A DNA stretch of 45,154 bases from Methanosarcinales archaeon (GCA_021159385.1 JAGGRW010000001.1:1-45154); one strand, 5' to 3'. Counted from the first letter of the stretch, positions 1 through 9,585 are shown. Notes: generated by a model not told the origin, from the sequence alone. Translations and numbers: made by a program.

Positions 1-259
1 CACGCACCCACGGGCGGCGCATCTGTCGCGACACCACGAGACGCTACCGCCGCCCACGGCTTTCTCCTAAAAATGTGTCGATCTTCACATGCATTATCCC
101 ACGTTTGCTCGGTCGACCTCCAGCGTATTTGAGCTGGGACGAATACGGAATTCCTGATGTTTCAAGCGACTGGAGTTGAACTATTATAGTTTTGTGATTT
201 AATATGGGACTAAAAGTAGCGCATAGTATAATACATGATGACACGATATTATAGTTTCT

Positions 260-1025
260 ATGCTCAACTTTAATAATGGAACTATTGGCGAAATGAGATA
301 TGGACAAGAAATGTCTGTTGAGCCGAACGTGGAACCGTTGATTAGTGATGGTACTGAGGTCGCGTATTTCATAGAATTATTAAGAAATATAAGCGATCCT
401 CGCGATAACAGAGGAAAAAGACACGAACTGGCATTTGTTCTCGCTGTGACCACAATGGCGATCTTGAGTGGTAAGAACTATGTTTCTGAAATTCGTCGCT
501 ACATTTGCAACAAGATCGAATGGTTGCAAAAAATTTTCGATCGCCCGGATGTCAAACCGATCTCTCGAGCACAATTGCCCCGAATTATAGCTATCGTGGA
601 GTTTGATGCGCGGTGGAGTCAAAGTGACTTTCAGACGCCCGATAGCGGTCGATAGAACGATCAAAAAGATAAAAACGGGAGAGGTATCCAGAGAAAGATC
701 GTATTATGTGTCTAATGTGGAATCGGATGGTCATCAATCGGAAACTTCGACTGATGTGGAAGAAGAACTCTTTACTGCCATCCGTGAGCACTGGCATGTC
801 GAATCCAATAATCACATTCGAGATGTGACATTCAAAGAAGATTATGTGAAGACTAAGAATAAAAATCAAGGGCAAATTTTGAGCTTGCTGCGGACTTTTG
901 CCATCAAAATCATCAGGAAAACAAATCCGAAAAACTTTAAAGAAGTGATCGATTCTTTTTGTGATTCACAGGACGCTTTAGCAAGTGTTTTGTTGAAATT
1001 CGATTTTTTGCGACCGTGGATTTAG
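260..1025 (+). pseudogene. ISAs1-family (H-repeat-associated) transposase remnant, split over two frames with most of the central DDE region missing
   Basis: ORF 260-655 has the ISAs1 N-terminal signature (ISDPRDNRGKRHELAFVLAVTTMAILSG). ORF 603-1025, in another frame, has the ISAs1 C-terminal signature (REHWHVESNNHIRDVTFKEDY...LLRTFAIKIIRK). The two pieces total about 270 aa and overlap in different frames, so there is a frameshift plus an internal deletion. The region looks AT-richer than its flanks by eye. Confidence 0.7.
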
Positions 1026-1238
1026 GTTTCAGTGACTTATCGTAATCCATCTGAAAGTCGGAGGATAATCGATGCCGAACAGTTGAAGCTGTGCAGAAAT
1101 TTGGCCATGGGGGTCGATTTCGCGAGGGAATCGTGTCGACAGGGTGTTTTTCGGAGACTCCGGAGAGTTTTAGAGAAAGGTCTTGACGAGTCGTGTCGCG
1201 ATCAGTGAAGAGAATTTTGTGCGGTCCGGGTTTTATGA

Positions 1239-1558
1239 GAAAGCCGTGACCGCTATTATGGAATGAGCGGCAACTTCCGCTGGATACGGAACTTCTACCA
1301 TCAGGTCGTGAAACTCACCTTTAAATGGATTAATCGTCGCAGCCAGAAGAAGAGCTACAACTGGGATCAGTTTCATCGTTTTCTCCAATTTAATCCACTC
1401 CCGATACCGAAGATATGTCACTCGTTGTACGACCTGAAATCATAGAAGATGTGCTTCTGAAGAGCCGGATCTGGGGAAATCTTCAAGTACGGTTCTGTGA
1501 GGGGGCGCATAGTAACCTCGGGGCTATTACCCCGGAAAGAGGCGGTTATGCGCCCTAC
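1239..1558 (+). mobile_element. 3' remnant of a group II intron: maturase C-terminal fragment plus domain V/VI-like RNA
   Basis: The frame opens after a stop at 1236. It reads ...YYGMSGNFRWIRNFYHQVVKLTFKWINRRSQKKSYNWDQFHRFLQFNPLPIPKI (ORF 1263-1445), the typical C-terminal tail of group II intron-encoded proteins (WxNYY-like, LNRRSQ, PLPxPxI). A domain V-like hairpin follows 17 nt later. After that comes a long stem GGGCGCATA...TATGCGCCC ending in CTAC near 1558. No RT domain lies upstream, so the intron is truncated. Confidence 0.65.
1462..1495 (+). ncRNA. Group II intron domain V-like hairpin (34 nt)
   Basis: GAGCCGGATCTGGGGAAATCTTCAAGTACGGTTC is exactly 34 nt. It has the AGC triad at positions 2-4, closing helix GAGCCG/CGGTTC, a GAAA (GNRA) tetraloop at positions 15-18 and a 2-nt bulge position on the 3' strand. 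Several internal mismatches suggest decay. Confidence 0.6.
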
Positions 1559-1841
1559 TCGACATTGCACGAATGTTCGAACACGCGCACAATCACCACA
1601 AAATCAGAGTGTTTTCACTGGAATTTCCGATTGTGCCGGACAAGGGATCGGATGAAATAAAAAACGAGTCTTGCGAACATAAACAATAATATCACCTCGT
1701 CAACACAGGTTGTCAATATCCACCAGTATCAACCACCCGAACGCATAAAACCTGAATTGGAAGAAATCGAGGTAAACGAAGGCGAATCTGTTTGATATTA
1801 ACCTCTTAAAACCTCGTACCGGTCTGAGATGGCTGCCACAA

Positions 1842-3356
1842 TCACGCGGCACCCCCATTCCCGCTCAAGAATTGAACCATCTTCGTTCCGAGCGTCGCAA
1901 GATCAACGACAGCGGCATGTGCGGGCACGGGCATAAGGTTCACCCGCTTCTGAAAATCAGTCTGTGACTGCCATGTTCCGGCATTGATCACGGTAACGCC
2001 TTTGTATCGATCAACGCCCACGGTATGCACATGCCCGCAGTGCAGGATGTGCGGAATCGGATCGATCACGAAATGATCCGTTGCTTCAGGTGCGATCGAG
2101 ACCCTGCCGCCGTAGATGGGCGCAAGATGCCTGCGTCGCAGCATTTCGATCATGACCTTGTCCGGCTGCTGGTAGCTCATCCTGGGTATGGTTGCGATCA
2201 GATCATCCATCGACCGCCCGTGGTAGATCAGAATTTTTACGCCGCCAATCTCGATTAACGCAGGATTGCCGACGAAGACCACATCATCACGAAACATCGA
2301 CGTGACCTTCTCGGGCAGCGCGGGTTGCGGCTCCGCCTGCCTCACTGCATCGTGGTTACCTGGTGCGATTACGATCCTGACATCTCTTGGCACTCGCTTG
2401 AGATACGCTGCTGCGCGTCTGTACTGCTCATACACGTCAGAGATCTCCAGTTCCTGCTCCTGACCCGGATATATGCCAACTCCATCGACTATATCACCAG
2501 CTATTATCAGGTAACGCACCGATTCGGAATTATCTCCGAGCCAGTCGATGAATTCGCAGAACGCGTCCTCCAGAAACGTGTTGCTCCCGACATGCATATC
2601 CGATATCAGGACCGCGCTGCCTGCGCAATCCCCGCGGTTCCTACCATCTCCGTTCCCATTTCCATCCCCCTTTCCGTTCGTATTCCAATTTCCACTTCCA
2701 TTCCCATTTCCGCCGCCGGGAAGCGTCTGGTTGTACCGGTTCGGTATGTCCGGCAGAACGATCCCTTTCGCGATCATCAGCCTGCCGTCTCTCGTGAGTG
2801 AACCCGTAACCCCAATCACCTCATCGCAGACGACCCCCAACGCCGCATTCCACAGATCGCGATCGGATGGCATGACGAGAACCGAGAACGAACCTGTCGG
2901 ATCCTCCAGTTGCAGAAGCTTGTTGCCGTTCGCCGTCGTTTTGATATCGGAGACCATGCCGATTATCGAGATGCTGTCATACTCCCTTCCGGTTCGCCCC
3001 ACGCGCAGCGATTCGATCGGGCGCGCTGTCACCCTGCCACGAATGATTCCGGAAAGCCGCGTGTAGCGGTCGCGGAAGTACCGCACAAACTCGGAATACT
3101 CGCCGACGCATGTCGATTCATCGCTGATGTCGCTCATGATGGTGACTTCAGGAAGCGGTCGTTCCGGGCGCCTCTCCTTCTTCGGTTCGAGTTTGACATG
3201 CTCCCTCCCGACCACGAGTACCGAGTCGTCCAGCGACCTGAGCACCTGTTTCATGACCGTGTCAGGTGCCGGGTACGCGCCGATCAGCGCGACCGCATCC
3301 GGACTGATCTGGTATCCGGCGTTCGCAAACTCCTCCACAATCAGCGATTCATGCAT
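1842..3356 (-). CDS. DNA polymerase II (PolD) small subunit DP1
   Basis: 504 aa with an OB-fold-like middle and a C-terminal calcineurin-like phosphoesterase domain (ISDMHVGS, GDIVDG, GNHD, HCGHVH), as in archaeal DP1. It carries a G/N/D-rich insert at aa 214-243. Confidence 0.9.
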   Translation of the reverse strand: MHESLIVEEFANAGYQISPDAVALIGAYPAPDTVMKQVLRSLDDSVLVVGREHVKLEPKKERRPERPLPEVTIMSDISDESTCVGEYSEFVRYFRDRYTRLSGIIRGRVTARPIESLRVGRTGREYDSISIIGMVSDIKTTANGNKLLQLEDPTGSFSVLVMPSDRDLWNAALGVVCDEVIGVTGSLTRDGRLMIAKGIVLPDIPNRYNQTLPGGGNGNGSGNWNTNGKGDGNGNGDGRNRGDCAGSAVLISDMHVGSNTFLEDAFCEFIDWLGDNSESVRYLIIAGDIVDGVGIYPGQEQELEISDVYEQYRRAAAYLKRVPRDVRIVIAPGNHDAVRQAEPQPALPEKVTSMFRDDVVFVGNPALIEIGGVKILIYHGRSMDDLIATIPRMSYQQPDKVMIEMLRRRHLAPIYGGRVSIAPEATDHFVIDPIPHILHCGHVHTVGVDRYKGVTVINAGTWQSQTDFQKRVNLMPVPAHAAVVDLATLGTKMVQFLSGNGGAA

Positions 3357-3520
3357 TGGTTTGTACTTGTCCCGGGCAGAGATAAAACTTTATGTGGCGT
3401 CTGCCAGATGGTCTCCCGAAACGTTTTTTGGCGAGATATGCCCTCTCTCGCGCTGGATCGTGTCGCGGGAAATTGGCTGGTTCCTTTTGCGCCCTCGCGT
3501 TAAAACACAAATTTTAACAG

Positions 3521-4276
3521 TTATGTTCTGGCAAGCATCTCCACAGGAATCTCCAGATTGTGCACGCCGGTTGCAACCAGAGCCCCCGCGACACCGAGAT
3601 TGCGCAGCAGGTCGAGATCATTCATATCCCTGACGCCGCCGCCGAATATGACCGGATGGTCCGAGCGTGAGACCACTTCGGCGAGAAGATCGAGGTCGAT
3701 GCCGGATTCTGTCCCGACCCGCGTCAGATCGATTATGATCAGCTCGTTTATCGGGTAGTCGTTCAGTCTCGCAACCGCTTCCAGCGGGGTAAGCGACATT
3801 CCGACGTTTGTCAGGATCCTACCGCCCATGAGGTCGATATTCACATCCACACCCACTCGCCTGGAATCAGTCCCGGCGGCCTCACATTCACATTCATATT
3901 TACTCCCGCACCCGCACACCTCCCCGATCACGTCAAACCCAGCGTTCTCGGTTCCGATCGTGACAGTATCAGCGATCAGAAGTCCACGTGCGAAATCATT
4001 GGCAGACCGAACCCCGCAACTGAGTATCGTCTTGCAGTGCATGGATACATCCCGCACAACCGAATCATTGTCGGCAGCCGTGCCGCGCCCGCGTATCCGG
4101 TTGAGGTCTGCGGCGTACACCTCCCTTGCTTTGAGCGATCTTACGATCGCAACAGCGTCTGACGTCTCGCAGACCGAACTGTATTCGGCGATCGGGCGAT
4201 ATTCCTCTCGCCTGCCACCGACCGCATGGACGACAACGCCATCGAATATATCCAGCACGAGAATGGTTCTGAACAT
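3521..4276 (-). CDS. HisA/HisF-family TIM-barrel protein (methanogen-type paralogue)
   Basis: N-terminus ILVLDIFDGVVVHAVGG and C-terminus VIFGGGVRDMNDLDLLRNLGVAGALVATGVH are typical of the HisA/HisF superfamily. The ORF track starts at 4312; the ATG at 4276 (MFRTILVLD) fits family N-termini better. Start uncertain. Confidence 0.65.
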   Translation of the reverse strand: MFRTILVLDIFDGVVVHAVGGRREEYRPIAEYSSVCETSDAVAIVRSLKAREVYAADLNRIRGRGTAADNDSVVRDVSMHCKTILSCGVRSANDFARGLLIADTVTIGTENAGFDVIGEVCGCGSKYECECEAAGTDSRRVGVDVNIDLMGGRILTNVGMSLTPLEAVARLNDYPINELIIIDLTRVGTESGIDLDLLAEVVSRSDHPVIFGGGVRDMNDLDLLRNLGVAGALVATGVHNLEIPVEMLART

Positions 4277-4524
4277 GTACGCGAGTATTTGCAGTGCCAT
4301 CGCATATAACATGCGGACTCTGCCTGGGCGGTCAACGTGCTGGTGGTTGTGCCGAGATCAAAGAATCCTTGCTCAAAACCGCACCACCCCGCACTGAATG
4401 TCGAGAGCATCCGCGGCAAGGAAGGGGTTGTGTGAGAGGATATGTTTATCACACGGCGAATGGAAAACAATACGCCGGCTCTGTGCTTAAGACCGGCATA
4501 CACCAAACTTGAGAGACGATCCAA

Positions 4525-4761
4525 ATGAAACTCGATGCAAAAGATGCGGCAAAAATCGCTAAAAAATATTTTGAAGAAACAAAAGGTCATCTTTACTTCC
4601 TGTTTGAAACGATTAAAATTGCGTACGATCACAGAGAAGGATGCTGGATCGTAGATTGCGAAGTTACGAATATATTTGAGGAAGCAAGCAGAGAATACTT
4701 GGTACGTATCAGAGACGAGGATGGTACTATCGCTGATGTCGAAATAAAACAGCCGACATGA
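4525..4761 (+). CDS. Small hypothetical protein (78 aa)
   Basis: Clean ORF in an otherwise empty intergenic space with protein-like composition and no recognisable family. It looks AT-richer than its neighbours. Confidence 0.45.
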   Translation: MKLDAKDAAKIAKKYFEETKGHLYFLFETIKIAYDHREGCWIVDCEVTNIFEEASREYLVRIRDEDGTIADVEIKQPT

Positions 4762-4906
4762 CTAATTTGGATAGATGAATCGGTGGGGCTCAAGTATATG
4801 TGCACGAGATCGGGTGAAGGCGAAGGCATCAGCCAGCGTCAGAGCAGAATTGAAGCGATCCGGAGTTACCGCAACCCATATACTCAATCAAGTCATTCTA
4901 ACTGTC

Positions 4907-5986
4907 ATGACTGACTGGATCGCGTGGGACGTGATCGAGACTGCTCTCGCAAAGACCAGATGCATGCTCTTTGAGCCGTTCGATCTGAAAAAATGGGTGA
5001 AACTTGCAGTGATACTCCTTTTCATCGGCGGTTATGGCGGTTATGGCGGCAATGGTGGCGGTGGCGGTCCGGGTTATAGATACAACCTACAGGACAACGG
5101 TTTTGGAGACTTTGGCGATCATTCTGAGTTTAATACAGCAATCGAAGAGGCGATAGTCAAAATCTCGGCCTTCGTTGACCAGAACGTGATTGCAATCATA
5201 CTTGCAGTAATTTCCATCCTCCTGACAATACTCCTGCTCTCCTACATCTCGAGCATCATGGAGTTTGCGCTCGTCGAGTCCGTTGTGACGAACCGGGTCA
5301 TGCTCCGGGCATACATCAGAAACAACATGGGGAACGCACTGCAGCTCTTCGCGTTGAGGTGGACACTTACTATAATATTCCTGATCGCAATTATCCTGTC
5401 GCTCCTGCCAGCGATTCCCACGATACTGGATGGCAACTTTGGGATTACGATTCTCGGATCGATCTTTTTACTTTTCATTGTTATTATAATTAGTAGCATA
5501 ATCTTTGCAGTGATCGGTTCGTTCATCAACATGGCGATCCCGGTGATGCTCTACGAGGATGTGGGTGTGATTGGTGCGCTCTTACGAGTGATCGGCACAG
5601 CAAAGCACAGCGTTTCGCAGCTACTGGTCTACTGGGTTCTGCGGATCATACTGAGTATAGTGGTCTCAATCGTTGCAGCGATTGCAGGAATCATCGTCTT
5701 TCTGCTCGCAATGCTCATACTGGTGCCGATCGGCGTTGTGATATATTATCTGATTCTCGCAATGCCGGCGGTGACCGGCTTTCTTGACCCGGTATTTCTC
5801 ATCGGGATCGGATTGTATATTTTTGTAGCCATACTGGTAATCCTATTTTCAGTCACCCTTGCAACCGTGCCGCTTCCCGTATTTATGAAGTACCATACAC
5901 TCCTCTTCCTCCGGGACTGGTACGCAGATATCGTGCCGTTCCATGAAGATGTTCCATTACCCGCTCCTTTATCGCAACAGGCATAA
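4907..5986 (+). CDS. Polytopic membrane protein of unknown function with a Gly/Tyr-rich loop
   Basis: Multiple long hydrophobic segments follow MLFEPFDLKKWVKLAVILLFIGG and the low-complexity loop GGYGGYGGNGGGGGPGY. The ATG at 4907 is preferred over the ORF-track start at 4775, whose N-terminus is Arg/Lys/Ser-rich. Confidence 0.6.
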   Translation: MTDWIAWDVIETALAKTRCMLFEPFDLKKWVKLAVILLFIGGYGGYGGNGGGGGPGYRYNLQDNGFGDFGDHSEFNTAIEEAIVKISAFVDQNVIAIILAVISILLTILLLSYISSIMEFALVESVVTNRVMLRAYIRNNMGNALQLFALRWTLTIIFLIAIILSLLPAIPTILDGNFGITILGSIFLLFIVIIISSIIFAVIGSFINMAIPVMLYEDVGVIGALLRVIGTAKHSVSQLLVYWVLRIILSIVVSIVAAIAGIIVFLLAMLILVPIGVVIYYLILAMPAVTGFLDPVFLIGIGLYIFVAILVILFSVTLATVPLPVFMKYHTLLFLRDWYADIVPFHEDVPLPAPLSQQA

Positions 5987-7103
5987 GCGGGATGTTCGGA
6001 ACATCTGCGTTGCCCGGTTTTACCATCACGTGAATGAACCTCGGACCATCGCTCTCGTACAAATTCTCAATTGCTGACCGCAGTTCCTGCTCGGTATGCA
6101 CTTTTCCGGTCTCGTTAATCCCGGCGCTCACCGCCATCAATTCCAGGTCCAGTTGCATGTACGCGTTCGTCAGTTGATCTCCTGTGCTGCCGAGTGTGCC
6201 ATTGTCAAGGCAGAAGATAGAGAGATTCGTTGGACGTTCCGCTGCCAGCACCGGCAGCACATTTGATGCCAAAAGACTCCCATCGCCATCGAGAACGATT
6301 ACCTCTCTTGCCGTTGCAAGCGAGATTCCAAAGCCTACGGACGACGCCTGGCTATAGCTCCCCAGCATATAGAAATTGAGATCCCGGTCACCTGCGTCGT
6401 ACAGTTCCTTACTCGGGATGCCGATATTGGATACGACAGCCTCCTCGTGCAGATATTCCGATATGATCTTTATCGCGTCATATCTCGTCATTACGGGTTC
6501 GCGAATTACTCGTTCGTATCTCAAGCGTGAGATTCGCCCCCTCTCCGGAAATCGCTCTGCGGTTGTGCTCTCAGCGCGCTCCACCTTGTCTTCTTCCACC
6601 CCTGCCCAGGCTTTCGGAGATATCAGGGCAACGGAGGGCGTGTTGCCGTCGTACGCGGCTTCGATGACCTCATCCACCATGCCGATCTCGGACGGCTCTT
6701 CTATCACCGTGCAAGGAATCTTCCACACCCGCAGCGCATCCGGGAGAACGCTGTTGAACGGAATCTGTGCAGGTATTTTCTCGTCGTAAAACCCGCGCCA
6801 ACTGGCAATTATCGGCAACGGCAGCTCGTAAGTTACGGAAAGAGAAAGTAACGCGTTGAAACAGTTGCCCAAGCCCGAACTCTGGATAGCAATCGCAGGT
6901 CTTCCGCCTGCAAGGTATACGCCCGCGCCGATGCCGATTCCGTCCTCCTCCCTTATTATCGGTATCTCGCGGAGCTCCGGATCAGAGTGCAGGAGATAAA
7001 AGAGATCCTTTGCTTTATCACACGGAACTGTCGCAACAATATCGATTTTGTTCTTTTTGAGTATCTTTATGACCTTCTCTTCAATCTCGTACATGTTACT
7101 CAC
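5883..7103 (-). CDS. comDE: Sulfopyruvate decarboxylase, fused alpha-beta (ComD-ComE)
   Basis: The N-terminal half matches ComD (DIVATVPCDKAKDLF, REEDGIGIGAGVYLAGGRPAIAIQSSGLGN, IPAQIP). The C-terminal half matches ComE, a TPP-binding module (VLDGDGSLL...CLDNGTLGSTGDQ). It is the last gene of the com operon. Confidence 0.9.
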   Translation of the reverse strand: MSNMYEIEEKVIKILKKNKIDIVATVPCDKAKDLFYLLHSDPELREIPIIREEDGIGIGAGVYLAGGRPAIAIQSSGLGNCFNALLSLSVTYELPLPIIASWRGFYDEKIPAQIPFNSVLPDALRVWKIPCTVIEEPSEIGMVDEVIEAAYDGNTPSVALISPKAWAGVEEDKVERAESTTAERFPERGRISRLRYERVIREPVMTRYDAIKIISEYLHEEAVVSNIGIPSKELYDAGDRDLNFYMLGSYSQASSVGFGISLATAREVIVLDGDGSLLASNVLPVLAAERPTNLSIFCLDNGTLGSTGDQLTNAYMQLDLELMAVSAGINETGKVHTEQELRSAIENLYESDGPRFIHVMVKPGNADVPNIPLMPVAIKERVMEHLHGTARYLRTSPGGRGVYGTS

Positions 7104-8136
7104 CTACCGCAACGCCGTACTTCATGCAGACGTCTTCAAACTCGCTATAAATTAGATCAGGAACTTCCACGCCGCTTATGCTCTTCTTCTCGTTGAGCTC
7201 TTCCCGTTCCCCAGGAAACATGGCGCAATCGTCTTGGACCTCCCGCACCAGTTCACCTGACCTTGATTTGAAAAGATCGAGATCGGTGAAACTCGAAATG
7301 TTTATCGCGATGAAGAAATCCCCTTTTGTGCATTTTTCCAGTGTTGTCGTGCCTCTGACGTCTGTTCCACTCGCAGCATTGGTAAGAGGTCCACAGAGAA
7401 GATCGATAACATAGGATAATCCGTAACCCTTATACCCGAAGTCTTTTCCGCCGATTGGAAGAAGACTAAAGAGTTCTTCGGGATTAACCGTTGGATTTCC
7501 GTCCCTGTCAAGAGCGCAATCATCCGGAAGCAGCTCATTTTCGCTGATAGCTCGTGACACCTTTCCTCTTGCGATATTGGTCGTTGCTGCGTCGAATACG
7601 ACCGGACGCTCCATAGTCGGTGCCGCAACCGAGATGGGATTTGTTCCGAGAACCGGGGTTTTTCCACCGAATGCTGCCATTGCTGGCTCCGTATTGCAGA
7701 ACACGATCCCGATCATCCCACTCAACGCTGCCATCTCTGAGTAGTAGCCAGCCATCCCAAAATGGTTCGTGTTATGCACTCCAACTGCTGCGATACCGCA
7801 ACTCCTCGCTTTTTCGATTGCAATCGTAATCGCCTTTGCGGCAACGACCATTCCCAGACCGCTGTTCCCGTTGATCAACGCCGAATTGGGCGACTCCCTC
7901 TCAATCGTTATCTCGGTCTTTGTCCTCTGAAGACCGTGCTCGATCGATGCGATCAATTTCGGGAATCTCATAATTCCGTGAGACCCAAAGCCCCTCAGTT
8001 CAGCTCTCAGAAGTACATCAGAGACCGTTCTTGCGTCTTCTTCCGGTGCGCCGAGTCTGATCAGAACCCGCTCCATCGCCAATCCGAGACTCTCTGGTCT
8101 GCACATCACTGTATCACCACAGTATCCCCTCACCAT
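7096..8136 (-). CDS. comC: (R)-2-hydroxyacid / sulfolactate dehydrogenase (Ldh_2 family, ComC)
   Basis: Ldh_2 (malate/L-sulfolactate dehydrogenase) family motifs are present (LRGFGSHGIMRFPKLI, NTNHFGMAGYY, GGKDFGYKGYGL). It lies between comB and comDE, and its start overlaps the comB stop as TAATG. Confidence 0.85.
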   Translation of the reverse strand: MVRGYCGDTVMCRPESLGLAMERVLIRLGAPEEDARTVSDVLLRAELRGFGSHGIMRFPKLIASIEHGLQRTKTEITIERESPNSALINGNSGLGMVVAAKAITIAIEKARSCGIAAVGVHNTNHFGMAGYYSEMAALSGMIGIVFCNTEPAMAAFGGKTPVLGTNPISVAAPTMERPVVFDAATTNIARGKVSRAISENELLPDDCALDRDGNPTVNPEELFSLLPIGGKDFGYKGYGLSYVIDLLCGPLTNAASGTDVRGTTTLEKCTKGDFFIAINISSFTDLDLFKSRSGELVREVQDDCAMFPGEREELNEKKSISGVEVPDLIYSEFEDVCMKYGVAVGE

Positions 8137-8786
8137 TACCCCAATATCACACCATCTTCCAGTACGGGAACGACATCGTATCTATCGATCTGCGAGATGA
8201 ACAAAACGTCCTTCGCATAGCCGATCTCGCCCAGATACCTTGCAGCGCGGGATTGTTGAACGGATCTCGCCAGGAATCCTTCGTCGATCTCAATGCCGTC
8301 ATTCAGGCTGCTGTAAAGTGCTATCGCAACCGCAAGGTCCTCTGTTACCCCATGCCTGCCGCCCACAGCCAATATCTCTGCGCTCTCGCCGGTCTTCTCG
8401 AGTCTGTTCCTGACAGCACTCAGGTTCAGGCTTGAGCTTATGAGCGCACAGTCCAGTCCGGTCAGTATCTCTGTCGAGTTGGTGGTTGTTAACGCGAGTC
8501 TTTCAATATCAGACCGTTTCAGGTACTGAAGTAACTCGACAGGCGAGTTTCCGATATCGAAATTATGGGATTTGACACCCCCGCGCTCGCCTGCAATCAC
8601 ACACCCCTCTTCTTTTAATCCAAACGCCGCTTCTTCGCTATCTACCGGAATTACCTCCCGAACACCGTTTGCAAGAGCCGTTATAATGGTTGAAGAGGCT
8701 CTCAAGACGTCGATCAGGACGCAGACGCGGTCAACGTGTCCGCCTCCACTCCCGAAGTCCCCGATGCTGATACTATACCCTGCCAA
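8136..8786 (-). CDS. comB: 2-phosphosulfolactate phosphatase
   Basis: ComB family signature VLIDVLRASSTIITALANG at about 216 aa, positioned between comA and comC. Confidence 0.85.
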   Translation of the reverse strand: MAGYSISIGDFGSGGGHVDRVCVLIDVLRASSTIITALANGVREVIPVDSEEAAFGLKEEGCVIAGERGGVKSHNFDIGNSPVELLQYLKRSDIERLALTTTNSTEILTGLDCALISSSLNLSAVRNRLEKTGESAEILAVGGRHGVTEDLAVAIALYSSLNDGIEIDEGFLARSVQQSRAARYLGEIGYAKDVLFISQIDRYDVVPVLEDGVILG

Positions 8787-9585
8787 GCGTATCCCCTCTG
8801 AGACCTCGTCTCAATGTTTCGAGCGGGATCACATCAGCAGGCGATATGTTTCCCAGACTGACGTCAATTCCGAATTCGAGTATCAAATAAACCTGCTGAC
8901 TCTTTATCGGCGCTTCAAAGAGAATATCTTCGATTCCGATGCCTTTTACCAGTCTTTCTGCCATATCCTCCCTGATGCCGCCAACACCATCGAATATGCC
9001 GATTCCCTTCCCGCTTTCTCTGGCTTCCATGATTACTTTGTCTGCTCCTGCTTTTAGATCGTTTTTCGCTTCGTGGATTCGCTCTTCCACAGTAAATTTC
9101 GCGTCTTCTGATGGATTTTTCTTGCCAACCTCTGAGAAGACCTCAAAACCTATTCTCTTTGCTTTTTCGATCATCTCCGTCCTTTCATCCATGCCAATCT
9201 CGATGGAACCGTCGGATATCTCAATTCCGTTGATGCCGATCCTTCTGGCGTATCCAAAGAATTCGTCCACCTTTCGTTTCAGGTATGCGATCTCAAAGAG
9301 CGTCCCGCCGTTGCTCACAATGATCCCATGCTCCCGGTATAACCGTATCTTCTTCTTGACCGCCTCTTCCGGGCAGATTCTTGGAGTGCCCCATCCGAGC
9401 TTGATCACGTCGATATACTCGCCTGCGCATTCCATCAGGTCGGATGCGGCGTTGTAACCAAGTCCCTTGTCCAGTACCATCGTAAGACCAGAGTCTCTTG
9501 GTTTTTTCGCCCGGTCCGGAATGTCTATCATCTCAAATGCTTTCGTTGCTGTTTCCGTTTCTACTTCCATTGCCATCGCCGTCAC
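8773..9585 (-). CDS. comA: Phosphosulfolactate synthase
   Basis: ComA family signature (KPRDSGLTMVLDKGLG...YIDVIKLGWGT) at 270 aa. Confidence 0.9.
   Translation of the reverse strand: MTAMAMEVETETATKAFEMIDIPDRAKKPRDSGLTMVLDKGLGYNAASDLMECAGEYIDVIKLGWGTPRICPEEAVKKKIRLYREHGIIVSNGGTLFEIAYLKRKVDEFFGYARRIGINGIEISDGSIEIGMDERTEMIEKAKRIGFEVFSEVGKKNPSEDAKFTVEERIHEAKNDLKAGADKVIMEARESGKGIGIFDGVGGIREDMAERLVKGIGIEDILFEAPIKSQQVYLILEFGIDVSLGNISPADVIPLETLRRGLRGDTLGRV

Noticed and set aside
1-259. GC-rich first 130 nt, considered as the end of a gene or the upstream half of the interrupted intron
   Set aside because: None of the six frames shows an RT, maturase or other recognisable motif. The segment is too short and is truncated by the window edge.
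1131-1200. Recurring TCGTGTCG(C/A)(G/C) motif at 1131, 1191 and 3459, and in reverse complement near 22-33
   Set aside because: There are only four loose occurrences of a short GC-rich word, and I cannot judge significance without genome-wide counts. It might reflect related repeat debris but is not supportable as a feature.
1415-1660. 81-aa ORF following the maturase fragment
   Set aside because: It overlaps the domain V/VI-like RNA structures of the group II intron remnant and is better explained as structured RNA.
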